Origin: Candidatus Omnitrophota bacterium
GTDB taxonomy: Bacteria; Omnitrophota; Gorgyraeia; Zapsychrales; Fredricksoniimonadaceae
Assembly: GCA_028865345.1 (NCBI GenBank)
Contig: JAGWKL010000004.1
Location: forward strand, 79,422-143,421
Length of the DNA: 64,000 nt
Direction of reading: 5' to 3'
Shown: positions 46,070 to 56,770 of the stretch, piece after piece
How the letters are laid out: each line of letters opens with the position of its first letter
Position numbering within the stretch: the stretch's first letter is position 1
Position numbers and translations under genes: made by a program
The notes under the pieces: generated by a model
Told to the model about the DNA's origin: nothing
Databases searched by the model: none
What the model saw: the letters and a program-made list of their open reading frames with translations, nothing else

Positions 46070-48079
46070 TCATTCCGCCGCCGATGAGACGACTGCGGGA
46101 AGCATAACGGTAAACACCGTCCCTTCCCCTACTTTGGACCGTACTTTTATATGGCCGTTGTGTTTTTTGATGATTTCATGGCTGACGCTCAAACCAAGCC
46201 CCGTTCCTTTGCCGATCGGTTTTGTCGTGAAAAACGGATCAAATATCTTTTTTAAATTCTCCGGAGAGATGCCTTTGCCCGTATCGGAGATATCCGTACA
46301 AACATAGCCGTCTTTGGTGTATGTCTTGACTTCGATCGTTCCCTTGTCCTCGATCGCCTGCGCGGCATTGACGAACATATTGATGAATACCTGCCCCATC
46401 CGCTGGGCGCTGCACTTGACCAAAGGCGTCTGCCCGTAATCCTTTTTCAACTCCGCCTTATATTTGATCTCATTATGCACAATGCTTAAGATGCTGTCGA
46501 TGATCTCCTCGACCCTTAACAATTCCATGTTATCATTGCCTTCGCGGGCGAATGTTTTTAAGTCCAGGACGATTTTCTGGATACGCTCAAGCCCCCTTTG
46601 GTTGTGCTGCAACAAATTACCGGTATCATTCATGATATAATCCAGCTGGATTTCCTCTGAGAATTTATCTATTTCCTTAATAGTGGCCCTGGCTTTTCCC
46701 ATATCGCCTTCTTCCATGCTTTTCTTCAGAACTTCCAGCATCCTTAGAATTTGGGTATATTCGCCGACGTATTGCCCCAACAGCTCCATGTTATTACTGA
46801 TAAATCCCAACGGATTATTGATCTCATGGGCCACCCCTGCGGCAAGCTGGCCGATGGAGGCCATCTTTTCCGATTGCACCAGTTGCGACTGCGCGCTTTT
46901 AAGTTCATTATAGGCCTCTTGCAGGTCTCTTTCCGTCTGCCTGCGTTTGGTGATGTCATGGAAACTCCAGACCCGGCCCACGACCCTATCTTCAATCCGC
47001 TGGGGGTGGGAAAACCTTTCATATATCCTGCCGTCCTTAAGCTCCACAAGGTCAAAAAATGATCCTTCGGGTTTCGCATAGTGCTCTTGGATCGTCGCCA
47101 CAAAACTTTCCGGGTCCGCAACCTGATCACGGGCATACATGATCACCTTCCCGTCCTCTCCGCCGGCGGCAAGGGGCTCCGGAATGTCCCATAACTTAAG
47201 GAAATTATGGTTGAAACCGACGATACGCCCCTTCAAATCAACGACAAGGATGCCGTCTGCAGTCGCCTCCAATGTCGCGTCATGCAAAGATAACAATTGC
47301 GTCAAATCCTCATTGGTTTTCTTTAATTCCTGGGTCCGTTTCTCCACCCGTTGTTCGAGTTCATCCTTTGCCTGCGTTAATTGCAGATCCCTGGACTGGA
47401 TCTGTTTCATCATCTGGTTGAATCCGTCGAAAAGCTCCCCGATCTCATCATCCCCGCGCTTTTGCATCTGGATGGAATAATTCTGGGTGCGGGTGACGTC
47501 CTTGGTGGCCCGGGCCAGCTGAAGGATCGGTCCGGATATCCATCCCTGCAATATCGACGCCGCCCAGAACACACAAATGGAAATGATAAGTATAACAACA
47601 GTCCCGACCACAAAATTGTACTCTAATCGGGCATAAATCTCTCCCAAGTCAGAGTCTATATGCACCGCCCCTATGTATTTATCCTTGAAGAAAATATTTT
47701 TAGTCAGACTAAACCGGTCTTTGAGAAAATGCCATCCCTCATTTTTATACGAACCTAAAAACCGCGGTTTGGTATTATTTCGGCCATACCGGGCCATCAC
47801 TGTGCCGTTGCTCCTCAAAAGGAACGCAGAGATGATGTGGGGCTTGGCCTTCAACGCGGAAAGTATTTGTCTGGCGGAGTCCTGATCGTCAAAGACAATG
47901 GCGGCCGAAGAATTATTTCCGATGATCGCGGCCAGCGTCTCCAATTCCGTGGCCATGCTTGATTTATAGCTTTTAATGTCCTGGACAATAAAGGCAATGC
48001 TGGCTATTGAAAGGGCCACGAGACTGACCGTCATGATCATGAGGGTCAATTTATGTCTTATGGAAAATTTGCTTAACAT
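46070..48079 (-). CDS. Membrane histidine kinase with YfiN-like (CHASE8-type) sensor, HAMP and PAS
   Basis: SIRHKL, AAIVFDD..SA..IL.AL periplasmic motif, HAMP (DEIGEL..GFNQM), PAS (GRVWSFHDIT), AHEINNPL. Confidence 0.9.
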   Translation of the reverse strand: MLSKFSIRHKLTLMIMTVSLVALSIASIAFIVQDIKSYKSSMATELETLAAIIGNNSSAAIVFDDQDSARQILSALKAKPHIISAFLLRSNGTVMARYGRNNTKPRFLGSYKNEGWHFLKDRFSLTKNIFFKDKYIGAVHIDSDLGEIYARLEYNFVVGTVVILIISICVFWAASILQGWISGPILQLARATKDVTRTQNYSIQMQKRGDDEIGELFDGFNQMMKQIQSRDLQLTQAKDELEQRVEKRTQELKKTNEDLTQLLSLHDATLEATADGILVVDLKGRIVGFNHNFLKLWDIPEPLAAGGEDGKVIMYARDQVADPESFVATIQEHYAKPEGSFFDLVELKDGRIYERFSHPQRIEDRVVGRVWSFHDITKRRQTERDLQEAYNELKSAQSQLVQSEKMASIGQLAAGVAHEINNPLGFISNNMELLGQYVGEYTQILRMLEVLKKSMEEGDMGKARATIKEIDKFSEEIQLDYIMNDTGNLLQHNQRGLERIQKIVLDLKTFAREGNDNMELLRVEEIIDSILSIVHNEIKYKAELKKDYGQTPLVKCSAQRMGQVFINMFVNAAQAIEDKGTIEVKTYTKDGYVCTDISDTGKGISPENLKKIFDPFFTTKPIGKGTGLGLSVSHEIIKKHNGHIKVRSKVGEGTVFTVMLPAVVSSAAE

Positions 48080-48082
48080 AGG

Positions 48083-48628
48083 CTATATGATTTGAGCCAA
48101 CGCCAAAAGTTGCGATGAAAGCTTTACTCCGCTTAATCCTAATGTGGCCCTGTTAACGATGATCTTTGGCCTGTTGTTTTCCACCCCAATGGCCAGGGCC
48201 AGGCCTTGGCGGGCATATGCTTCGGTGGCGCTGATGCCGAATATCTTGTCTGTCTCGCATTTTCTAACTATCTCTTTTATGGAAGAATCATTGCCCGGCG
48301 TAACATAAATAATATTAACGCCATCAAGCTGGTCCACAGAAGTTATTTCTTTAATGACTGCTCTCTTACCGGCGATCGCCTTATCCGACACCCCGGAAAA
48401 GGACTGTTCTACTTCTTCCTTGGCTTCCTTTGATTGGGGATCATTGGGATCATAAAAGATCCCTATGACGATTTCTTGTCCAGTCTGTACGGAAAGGCTC
48501 TGGTCAAAATCGAATATTTTATAAAATAACGCCACCTGAAGGTCCGCCGGGACAGCCATGGCGGCAGAAGCGATCACCTGCAGAGTCATTCCTAAAGCCA
48601 CCACGGTTAGAATAAAAATTTTCTTCAT
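48083..48628 (-). CDS. YfiR (DUF4154)-like periplasmic protein
   Basis: Signal peptide; ALFYKI..F, NIIYV, and C-terminal KIIVN.......GVKLSSQLLALAQII; lies upstream of the CHASE8-type kinase. Start ATG 48628. Confidence 0.8.
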   Translation of the reverse strand: MKKIFILTVVALGMTLQVIASAAMAVPADLQVALFYKIFDFDQSLSVQTGQEIVIGIFYDPNDPQSKEAKEEVEQSFSGVSDKAIAGKRAVIKEITSVDQLDGVNIIYVTPGNDSSIKEIVRKCETDKIFGISATEAYARQGLALAIGVENNRPKIIVNRATLGLSGVKLSSQLLALAQII

Positions 48629-48632
48629 ATCT

Positions 48633-50705
48633 TTAGAACCTGAGGTCCGCGGAGATAACAAAAGACGTGCCTTGCGGATGGTACGTATCTCCATAGAACT
48701 GGGCCGCGACCGGCTCCCGATTGTTTGTCAGATTGTCTCCGGACAAATGCACATTCAAATTCTTCATATGAAACGCCTGGTACCATGTCAACGTGGCATC
48801 AAGGTAGACCCGGCCGCCGATCGTTATATAGGATGATCCCGTGGTGTTATAATTGACGCCGGCCTGGTTGCCGACGTATCGTAACTCGGGAGAAAAATTT
48901 AAGTGGTCCAGGACCTTGCAATCCACCCCTGCATTGGCGGTCCATTCCGCGGACCCGATGATATGTTCCTGCGTGTTCACATCGGCATGATCGGCTTCAT
49001 CGCCGCCGTTAGGGTTCCCGGGACCGAAATTCTTAGGATCAAAAAGCCCAAGTTTGGAATCGTTCCATGAAATGTTCCCCCAAATATTCAACCGATCAGT
49101 CAGCGGCATCTGAATGTCCCCTTCCACCCCATTACCGCCGAAATTGCCTCCGTTGGTAAACGGCTGGAACCAGCTGATAAAATCCTGCAATTGTTCATGA
49201 TAATACGTCAGGGACAACCGGGCTTTTTTAACATAAACAATGTTTTGAAATTCCTCTGTTTGGAGCGTTTCAGGGTTTTGGGCCGGGCTGTTTAAAGCTG
49301 CCCAATAAACAGGGGCAGATCCATTCTTTCCCCATGCCGTATCCAGGGCTGCCAAAGCCGACGGATACCGCACAGCACGGTCCCAAATAACTTTTGAAAC
49401 CCAATTATCCGTCACCTGATAAACCGCGGCGGACTGCCCGCCGACAAACCACCGGTTCTTCAACTCTGTATTCGTATCCACGCGCACACCTTCCGTTAAT
49501 CTCAACTTATCGGTCACTTGGATATCATCGGTCAAATAATACCCTCCGGCCCCCGTACTTCTATCAAATAAACTTGTCCTGGAAAAAACGCTGTTTGCCT
49601 TGCCGCTGTTATCGGTATAGGAAAACCAATCATTGAGATTATCATCATAGGAACCCTGGATCCCCGTTTGGATCAGGTTGTGTTCAATGCCGGTATAACG
49701 CAAGCCATATTCCGTCGTATACTCCATCTGCGCGAGATACAACTGCACCGCGCCCGCAGGAGGCGAGTCATTTCCATTCAAACGCGATGCGTTTTTATAG
49801 CCAAGGGTCATATCAAACATGCCTGTTAAGTCCGGACTAAAGGGGTGTTCGTTCTTGATCTGTCCTATATAATTCTGGTTCACATTATGGCCGTTATAGC
49901 TTGAGCTTGCGCCGTCAATGTCCAATTCCGGAAAGGTGTCCCGATAGGCCGTAACTTGGGCAGACCACTCCCCATATTTCCCGTTCAATATGCCAAACAA
50001 ACTCGGTTCAAGCAATTCTCCTGTCTTATCCGTGCCTATAATGCCGGGCCTGGCGCCGTTCTCCCAGGCATTAAAACCCCTTTCTTTCTCAGTGGTCAAA
50101 GAAAAATTAACAAGTTTGTCCTCATCCCAGGTCTTGCCCATCATCACGGTCGAGGAATCGTTCAAATAATTCCCGATACCCTGCACCACCTCAACGCCAT
50201 TGACGTTCTTAGTTATGATATTGATGGTGGCGGCCAGAGTATTGGCTTGTTGATATATGGAAGTAGGCCCGACGACCACTTCCACACGCTGGACATTATC
50301 CAAATTGATGGGGCCGTTTAGAATATCCGGTTCCATGACACCGTTCACATTTTGACCGTTGATAAGCAGGGTTATTTTTTCATTATCGTTGGCACTCAGG
50401 CCGCGGACACTGGCCACATAATCAAGGTCCCTGTGGAATACCGTAAAGCCCGGTACAGTCCGCAGGAGTTCGCCCAAACTGTGGTAACCCCTTTCATGGA
50501 TCTCTTTGGCCGTAAAAACGTAAATACTCCCGGGAGCCAGGTCTTTTCTTTCATCAACCCTGGAAATGGTGGACACCTGGACCTGCATCAACTGCTGTAA
50601 ACTAAGGCTCATTAATTCCGGCGTGGTGACTGCGGATGCTGAAACTTGCTGTGAAATAAAAAAACCTAAAAGAAGAATACTTAATGAAAGCTCTCTTTTA
50701 AACAT
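48633..50705 (-). CDS. TonB-dependent receptor
   Basis: Signal peptide, LSLQQLMQVQVST, plug (LRTVPG, RVEVVVGP), C-terminal ADLRF beta-signal. Confidence 0.9.
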   Translation of the reverse strand: MFKRELSLSILLLGFFISQQVSASAVTTPELMSLSLQQLMQVQVSTISRVDERKDLAPGSIYVFTAKEIHERGYHSLGELLRTVPGFTVFHRDLDYVASVRGLSANDNEKITLLINGQNVNGVMEPDILNGPINLDNVQRVEVVVGPTSIYQQANTLAATINIITKNVNGVEVVQGIGNYLNDSSTVMMGKTWDEDKLVNFSLTTEKERGFNAWENGARPGIIGTDKTGELLEPSLFGILNGKYGEWSAQVTAYRDTFPELDIDGASSSYNGHNVNQNYIGQIKNEHPFSPDLTGMFDMTLGYKNASRLNGNDSPPAGAVQLYLAQMEYTTEYGLRYTGIEHNLIQTGIQGSYDDNLNDWFSYTDNSGKANSVFSRTSLFDRSTGAGGYYLTDDIQVTDKLRLTEGVRVDTNTELKNRWFVGGQSAAVYQVTDNWVSKVIWDRAVRYPSALAALDTAWGKNGSAPVYWAALNSPAQNPETLQTEEFQNIVYVKKARLSLTYYHEQLQDFISWFQPFTNGGNFGGNGVEGDIQMPLTDRLNIWGNISWNDSKLGLFDPKNFGPGNPNGGDEADHADVNTQEHIIGSAEWTANAGVDCKVLDHLNFSPELRYVGNQAGVNYNTTGSSYITIGGRVYLDATLTWYQAFHMKNLNVHLSGDNLTNNREPVAAQFYGDTYHPQGTSFVISADLRF

Positions 50706-50718
50706 AAATCACTTCCTC

Positions 50719-52707
50719 TTAAAACTTGATCTTGATCCCCGCCGTGACCTCGGGTTTGATGAAGATCTCATTGGAGCCGACAGCGCTGCTGGTATTGACA
50801 TACGTACTTTCTATTCTGCGCGCGCCCAAGAAATCTGAAACCTCCAAATAAACTGTCGCGTCGTTCTTACCCACCCAGCGGGGTGTCAGGAAATCATAGC
50901 TGACCCTGAAGAATGACTTGTAATAACCCCTGACCTTGGAGGGAGGGAATCCCTGGTCCTCCTGCACGACATAACCTTCGAAATATTTGGCATAAACGTC
51001 GATCTTAAGATTATTTTTGGTATAGCGCAGCCCCAAGCCCACGATATTATTGGACAGGTCCGTATCGTAAGACACGATATCCGGGAAGTTGGCCGTCTCA
51101 GGCTTGGCATGGGGATAGATGTAGCTGTAATCCGTTGAAAAAGAAAGAGCGTCCGTGAACTGGTAGTCGAGGGACAGCTCGGCGCCCTGGCTCGTCAGGC
51201 TTCCGTCATTGGCGGTAATACCGGTATTCCCATTTAAAACAATGAGATCATTAACGCGTGACATGAAAATGGTCGCGTCAGCCCTTAATTTATCTTCCAA
51301 AAACAGGCCGCGATAGCCTGCTTCCTGGGTAAAATTTTCTTCGGGTTTTAAATGGGTCGAGCCCCTATAAACAAGGACCCCCGGTTCCGCCGTTATGGAA
51401 AGATCGTGGTCGATAAAATCGGGCGTCCGGTAGGTTTGGCTGCTGGAGGCCCAAACAGTCTGGGTGTCCGTCAAATGATAAAGAGCGGAAACCTTGGGCG
51501 AATATAACGGCTTTTCATTAATGACCAGGGAATTGCTGTCTTCCCTGACACCTGCGGTCAATACAAGCTTTTCAATCGGCCGGTATTCATCCTGGGCAAA
51601 GAAACTGATGATCTTCTGGGAGGCAGTGCCGTTGGTCACCAGCCCCTGAAAAGCGACGCCCCGGTCTTCGGCCACGTGCAAATCGTTATAACGCAATTCA
51701 CCGCCGACAGAAGTCACATGATGCCCCCAAAGATCATAGTGGAAATTATGCTGGGTGTTGGCGCTGGTGGTATGGACAATGGCATCGTAAGAATCGAAGG
51801 CCGTTCCCAATTGCTCCACATGGTCAAAATGGAAACTATAATCATACCTGTCGCTGGCTTTGTCCGTATAATTGATGATGGCCATGCTGGTTTCTCCGGG
51901 GGTTTTAGTCTCTGCCCCGGTCACAACGTTGGGACTATTGGAGTTCTGCTGGATACTGCTGCCGATAATACTTAAATGCTGATGGTCCGAAGGCGTATAA
52001 TCAACGCGCCCCCCTGCCACATCAGAAAGATACCTGTCGGAATAACTGTGGATGGCGTTTTTGGTAAACCCTTGATCGAAACGGTTGTCAAGATACGCCC
52101 TGAAAGCCAGTCCCGTCTGGCCGATCTTACTTTCGCCGATGCCGATGCTGGAATCCCGGTAAGACTGCGTGCCGCCTTGTTGCTGGACATAATTGTCCTT
52201 GATGTCCGCGGATTTAGTGATGATATTGATGACGCCGTTGACGGCGTTGGAAGAATAAAGGACCCCCGGCGAGCCGCGGATGATCTCAATGCGCTCTATT
52301 TCATTTAAACTCACCGGCAAGTTTTCCCAAAGCACGCCGCCTATCATGGGATTGAAAACAACCGCTCCGTCGATAAGCACCAGTAAATTATTGGTCGTAT
52401 AGCCGGCGTTCCCGCGGATATCGACGCCATATTGATGGCCGTCTATTTGCCTGACATCCAGCCCGGGGACACGGTAAAGAAGGTCAGCCACGTTCCTGGC
52501 CCCTGAACGCTCGATATCTTCCCTGGTAATGACATACATGGCATTGGCCACATCATTCAGATTTTGTTCGCGGCCCGAAGCAGAGGTGACCGTGGTATTC
52601 AACAGCTCCTGTAAAGATTCATTCATCAGATTATCCGCAAAACCAGGCGCTTGCGTAATAATCAAAATACCGGCCGACATCCATAGGCTGAGCCTAAACC
52701 CGTTCAT
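50719..52707 (-). CDS. TonB-dependent receptor
   Basis: SLQELLNTTVTSAS, ITREDIERSG, LVLIDG, IERIEIIRG, NAVNGVINIITK, C-terminal IKIKF. Confidence 0.92.
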   Translation of the reverse strand: MNGFRLSLWMSAGILIITQAPGFADNLMNESLQELLNTTVTSASGREQNLNDVANAMYVITREDIERSGARNVADLLYRVPGLDVRQIDGHQYGVDIRGNAGYTTNNLLVLIDGAVVFNPMIGGVLWENLPVSLNEIERIEIIRGSPGVLYSSNAVNGVINIITKSADIKDNYVQQQGGTQSYRDSSIGIGESKIGQTGLAFRAYLDNRFDQGFTKNAIHSYSDRYLSDVAGGRVDYTPSDHQHLSIIGSSIQQNSNSPNVVTGAETKTPGETSMAIINYTDKASDRYDYSFHFDHVEQLGTAFDSYDAIVHTTSANTQHNFHYDLWGHHVTSVGGELRYNDLHVAEDRGVAFQGLVTNGTASQKIISFFAQDEYRPIEKLVLTAGVREDSNSLVINEKPLYSPKVSALYHLTDTQTVWASSSQTYRTPDFIDHDLSITAEPGVLVYRGSTHLKPEENFTQEAGYRGLFLEDKLRADATIFMSRVNDLIVLNGNTGITANDGSLTSQGAELSLDYQFTDALSFSTDYSYIYPHAKPETANFPDIVSYDTDLSNNIVGLGLRYTKNNLKIDVYAKYFEGYVVQEDQGFPPSKVRGYYKSFFRVSYDFLTPRWVGKNDATVYLEVSDFLGARRIESTYVNTSSAVGSNEIFIKPEVTAGIKIKF

Positions 52708-52760
52708 GGACAGAGTCTCCTTGGGTTGGAAAATTTTTGATGATCGGCGGGAATCTTATG

Positions 52761-52795
52761 AAGAAAAGAGAAAAAGCGTCTTGTGGACCTGACGC
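52761..52795 (-). terminator. Intrinsic-terminator-like hairpin inside the 5' leader of the receptor operon
   Basis: GCGTC-10 nt-GACGC followed by TTTTTCTCTTTTCTT. Confidence 0.45.
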
Positions 52796-52864
52796 AGGTA
52801 TGGACGTTTTGCCGTTTCGGCAAGTTAACAGGAGAAACCCTTTCGATTTTTCCCATGTATTTTT

Positions 52865-52893
52865 ATTATAATTTTTTTCTTAACCCTATACAA
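52865..52893 (-). promoter_or_regulatory. Sigma70 promoter of the receptor operon
   Basis: TTGTAT-17 bp-TATAAT. Confidence 0.6.
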
Positions 52894-52957
52894 TACATAA
52901 TCCTACAAAGATTTATCCGTAAAATTACTGACACCCACTTTAAGCCGCCATTGGCCA

Positions 52958-54430
52958 TTACACCCCGGCAGGGAGCATGACGGTAAAGGTGGTCCCTTCA
53001 CCGGGCTTGGATCGAACGTTGATTTCCCCCTTGTGTTTCTTTATGATCTCGTAACTCACGCTTAAGCCGAGGCCTGTCCCTTTGCCGACGGGTTTGGTGG
53101 TAAAAAACGGTTCGAATATTTTCTTTAAATGCTCTTCCTTGATCCCTTTGCCCGTGTCCGTCACCTCAACGCATACATATTTATCCCGGACATAGGTCCT
53201 TACCTCAATGACACCCATTCCCTCGATCGCCTGCGCGGCATTGACCAGTAAATTGATGAACACCTGCCCCATCCGCTGGGGATTGCCCTTGACCATGGGT
53301 GTGGGCCCGTAATCCTTTTTTAACTCCGCCTTGTATTTGAGTTCGTTATAAACAATGTTGATGACGCTGTCCATGACTTCTTCGATTTTAATCAAGTCCA
53401 TGTTATCGCTGCCTTCATGGGCAAAGGTCTTCAAATCCATGACGATCTTCTGGATCCGCTCGATCCCCCTTTGATTATGCTGCAACAAATTGTCCACGTC
53501 GTTCATGATATAATCTAATTGGATCTCCTTTTCAAATGCGTCTATCTCTTCAATGATCGATTTTGCCTTTTGGACATCGCCTTCTTGGATATTTTTCTTC
53601 ACGATTTCCAGCATCCTTAAAATTTTGGTGTATTCGCTGACGTACTGGGCCAATAATTCCGTATTATTGCCGATAAATCCCAGCGGATTATTGATTTCAT
53701 GGGCCACCCCGGCGGCCAACTGGCCGATGGAAGCCATTTTTTCCGACTGGATCAACTGCGATTGTACGCTTTTAAGGTCTTCGTAGGCTTTCTTGAGCTC
53801 ACTTTCGGCGCGTTCGCGCCGGGCGATGTCTTCCAGCAGGTTGGCTTCGCTTAATTTAAGCTGTTCCTGCCGCATAAACGACTGGCGGTGCTGGATGCTG
53901 TAGAATTTGGTCCAAATAACGACAAACAAGGCGGTGGAACCCATGAACAAATTGGCAAAGGCGAAATTGACCCTGTCGAAGCTGTGATGGTTAAACACAA
54001 CAGCCAGGTTATAAAGGCCGAGCCAAAGCAAAAAGCACAATATATTGTGCTTTGTATAATAAGGATTGAGCACCCCAAATCCCAAAAAAACAAGATTTAT
54101 CCCTTCATAATACCGGCTGGCAGAGCCGTCCGCAAAAAAAATCATCAGGATGATGCCGCCGGCGAACAAGGTGCCAAGGATATCGGAAATATAGATGACC
54201 CGCGGTTTCATTTTCTCAGGGATCAAAATCAACAACAGAACCACCGTCAGGAGGGAATCTATAATGCGTATATTCAAAAAAAGGCCGGCAAGGGAGGGAT
54301 ACGTCACCCGGTCAAGGATATTAAAGACAAGGTGCACAACAATGGCAACGACGGCAATGAAACGTACGTTTCTTAAGAGAAGGCCGTCTACATACGTACG
54401 GTAACGGGCTTCAATAGCACCATCGGGCAT
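52958..54430 (-). CDS. Multi-TM intramembrane-sensor histidine kinase (NtrB-like core)
   Basis: About 6 N-terminal TM segments; [23 protein letters not shown]; GKGTGLGL. Confidence 0.92.
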   Translation of the reverse strand: MPDGAIEARYRTYVDGLLLRNVRFIAVVAIVVHLVFNILDRVTYPSLAGLFLNIRIIDSLLTVVLLLILIPEKMKPRVIYISDILGTLFAGGIILMIFFADGSASRYYEGINLVFLGFGVLNPYYTKHNILCFLLWLGLYNLAVVFNHHSFDRVNFAFANLFMGSTALFVVIWTKFYSIQHRQSFMRQEQLKLSEANLLEDIARRERAESELKKAYEDLKSVQSQLIQSEKMASIGQLAAGVAHEINNPLGFIGNNTELLAQYVSEYTKILRMLEIVKKNIQEGDVQKAKSIIEEIDAFEKEIQLDYIMNDVDNLLQHNQRGIERIQKIVMDLKTFAHEGSDNMDLIKIEEVMDSVINIVYNELKYKAELKKDYGPTPMVKGNPQRMGQVFINLLVNAAQAIEGMGVIEVRTYVRDKYVCVEVTDTGKGIKEEHLKKIFEPFFTTKPVGKGTGLGLSVSYEIIKKHKGEINVRSKPGEGTTFTVMLPAGV

Positions 54431-54458
54431 GCCTTATATCATATACGCCGGTTGGATT

Positions 54459-55139
54459 TTATTCAATGGACGAATAATAAACCTTCAAATGGCTTTTAAG
54501 GGTGGGGAAATCGATCTGGCCTTCCGCGGCAGGCTTATTGAGGAAGGTGTAGGTGTAGCGGCTGCCCGCGGCCGGGAAAAGCACGCGTGACAGGGCGCCT
54601 TTGCGTCCCAGGGACATGGTGATCATGTTAAGCTTGCGGTGGCGGCGGGTAAAGGCCAAGAGAGCCATCACATCGTCGAAAGAACCGGCCTTGGCGGCGA
54701 TCTTGACAAAATCGCCCTTTGCCTTCAATGACTTTTTTAAGATGGACTCCAAATTTTTAGGAGTGCCCTGTAAATAGTGGCTGGAAACGATGACTTTCTT
54801 TTTCAGCTTACGGGCCATGGCGACCACCTGTTTTAAAAGCGGGGAGCTAAGCTCTATATCGACCGCGTCCACCAGGGGCAAAGCCTCTTCGATGATCTCC
54901 ATTTTTAGACGGTCGGAGAACTCATTCAAAGCCCCTTCTTTTTTTTGGTTGCGCAGAGTCAATAACAAGGGCTTTCCCAACAGCCTGCGGCGCCTGATCT
55001 GGGCAACGATATAGGCCGCATCCAATTTCTTGAACAGGTCTGCGCGCAGTTCAAGCAAACCAACGCCCAAATTCTTAATTTGGGCGTTGGTTTCCTTGTC
55101 GGTGATGACTAACGCAATGCAGGAATCGGTATTCGGCAT
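54459..55139 (-). CDS. aroD: Type I 3-dehydroquinate dehydratase
   Basis: ELRAD, TLR..KEG, VDIEL, SSH, VKIA, MSLG..G.LSR, A.GQ. Confidence 0.9.
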   Translation of the reverse strand: MPNTDSCIALVITDKETNAQIKNLGVGLLELRADLFKKLDAAYIVAQIRRRRLLGKPLLLTLRNQKKEGALNEFSDRLKMEIIEEALPLVDAVDIELSSPLLKQVVAMARKLKKKVIVSSHYLQGTPKNLESILKKSLKAKGDFVKIAAKAGSFDDVMALLAFTRRHRKLNMITMSLGRKGALSRVLFPAAGSRYTYTFLNKPAAEGQIDFPTLKSHLKVYYSSIE

Positions 55140-56768
55140 TTAAATGACCGCTTCGGCTTCCTTGGCCGCCATGTCCAAAAAGGACTTGATGCGGCGGGAA
55201 CGCGTCGGATGGCGCAGCTTGCGCAGGGCCTTGGATTCGATCTGGCGCACGCGCTCGCGGGTGACATTGAATTCCGCGCCCACCTCTTCCAGGGTGCGGC
55301 TGGTACCGTCCATGATCCCGAAACGCAATTCCAGGATCTTGCGCTCGCGGTCGTCTAAGGTCGATAAAACCGAGGTGATCTCCTCCTTGAGCATGGAATG
55401 CAAGGTGGCATTGGCCGGAGAAACAGCTTTTTTGTCCTCGATAAAATCCCCGAAATGCGTGTCCCCCTCGTCGCCGATGGGCGTCTGCAGCGAAATCGGG
55501 ACCTGGGAGATCTTGAGGATCTCCTTGACCTTGGTCACGGGCAGGCGCATCTCCTTGGCGATCTCCTGCGCGGAGGGTTCCCGGCCGTATTCCTGCACGA
55601 ACACGCGCGAGACACGGATGATCTTGTTGATGGTCTCGGTCATGTGCACCGGGATACGGATGGTGCGCGCCTGGTCTGCGATGGAACGCGTGATGGCCTG
55701 CCTGATCCACCAGGTCGCGTAGGTGGAAAACTTATACCCGCGCTTGTATTCGAATTTCTCGACGGCGCGGATCAAACCCATATTGCCCTCCTGGATCAGG
55801 TCCAAAAAGGAAAGGCCCCGGTTGATATATTTCTTGGCGATGGACACGACCAGGCGCAGGTTGGCCTCCACCAGCAATTTCTTGGCCTTGTTGAAGCGCG
55901 ACTGCCTGGTCTTGATCTCACGCAAATGTTCCTTGACCTTAGACACCGGCTCGCCAAGATCTTTTTCAAGGGCGGCCAGTTGTTTCTTGAGCTCCCCGGC
56001 GTTGCCCGGCAATTTCTTGCCCTTCAGGTGTTTTTCCAGGCGTTCGATATGGCCGATCAAATCGGAGATCTTGATGACGATCTCTTCGTTGATGGTCGAG
56101 GTCAGTTTGAATTCCGCGATGGACTTGGCGGAAATGTCGGAACCCACCCTTGTATGGCGGACATGCTCGAGGATCGTCCCCAGGTCCTTCATCAGACGGC
56201 CGCGGCGCTCCAGCTCGTCCTTGATCACGTCCTCCGCGTTGATCTCTTCGCGCAGAACCTGGTTGATGATGGCCAGGGCCTCTTTGCGCGCGTAATAGGT
56301 CTTGAACAGAGACTCCGCGAAGCGCAGTTCGGCCTCTTCGATGCGTTTAGCGAGCGCGATTTCTTCCTCGCGGGTCAACAGCGGAATGGAACCCATCTGC
56401 TTTAAATACATCTTCACCGGGTCATCCAAAGGAATGAACTTGTCGGAATAGACATCGTCCTCCTTGTTCTCCTCGCGCAGGCGGCGCACCTGCTGCTCGC
56501 GGCTTTCTTCCGCCTCGGTTTCGATGACAGGCGTCTCCTCGCCGGCGTCAACGACCTTGATGTCCTGACCGTCCAACACGTCGAAGACCTGGTCGATGTC
56601 CTCGGAGGAATCGATGGCGTCGGACAGGGTCTCGTTGACGTCTTCATAGGTCAAAAAACCCTTCTTTTTGCCCAACGTCACCAGTTTGTCCAGATCGCCC
56701 TGCAAATCTTTTTCTTGTTTTACCGGTTCTTTCATACTCTCCTCTGTTTTATGGTTATGACCCTTCAC
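55140..56768 (-). CDS. rpoD: Primary sigma factor
   Basis: Region 1.1 ([13 protein letters not shown]), [42 protein letters not shown]. Confidence 0.97.
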   Translation of the reverse strand: MKGHNHKTEESMKEPVKQEKDLQGDLDKLVTLGKKKGFLTYEDVNETLSDAIDSSEDIDQVFDVLDGQDIKVVDAGEETPVIETEAEESREQQVRRLREENKEDDVYSDKFIPLDDPVKMYLKQMGSIPLLTREEEIALAKRIEEAELRFAESLFKTYYARKEALAIINQVLREEINAEDVIKDELERRGRLMKDLGTILEHVRHTRVGSDISAKSIAEFKLTSTINEEIVIKISDLIGHIERLEKHLKGKKLPGNAGELKKQLAALEKDLGEPVSKVKEHLREIKTRQSRFNKAKKLLVEANLRLVVSIAKKYINRGLSFLDLIQEGNMGLIRAVEKFEYKRGYKFSTYATWWIRQAITRSIADQARTIRIPVHMTETINKIIRVSRVFVQEYGREPSAQEIAKEMRLPVTKVKEILKISQVPISLQTPIGDEGDTHFGDFIEDKKAVSPANATLHSMLKEEITSVLSTLDDRERKILELRFGIMDGTSRTLEEVGAEFNVTRERVRQIESKALRKLRHPTRSRRIKSFLDMAAKEAEAVI

Positions 56769-56770
56769 CT

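Noticed and set aside
52761-52860. c-di-GMP-I or cobalamin riboswitch
   Set aside because: A GAAA-capped stem is present, but I could not find the other conserved cores of either class.
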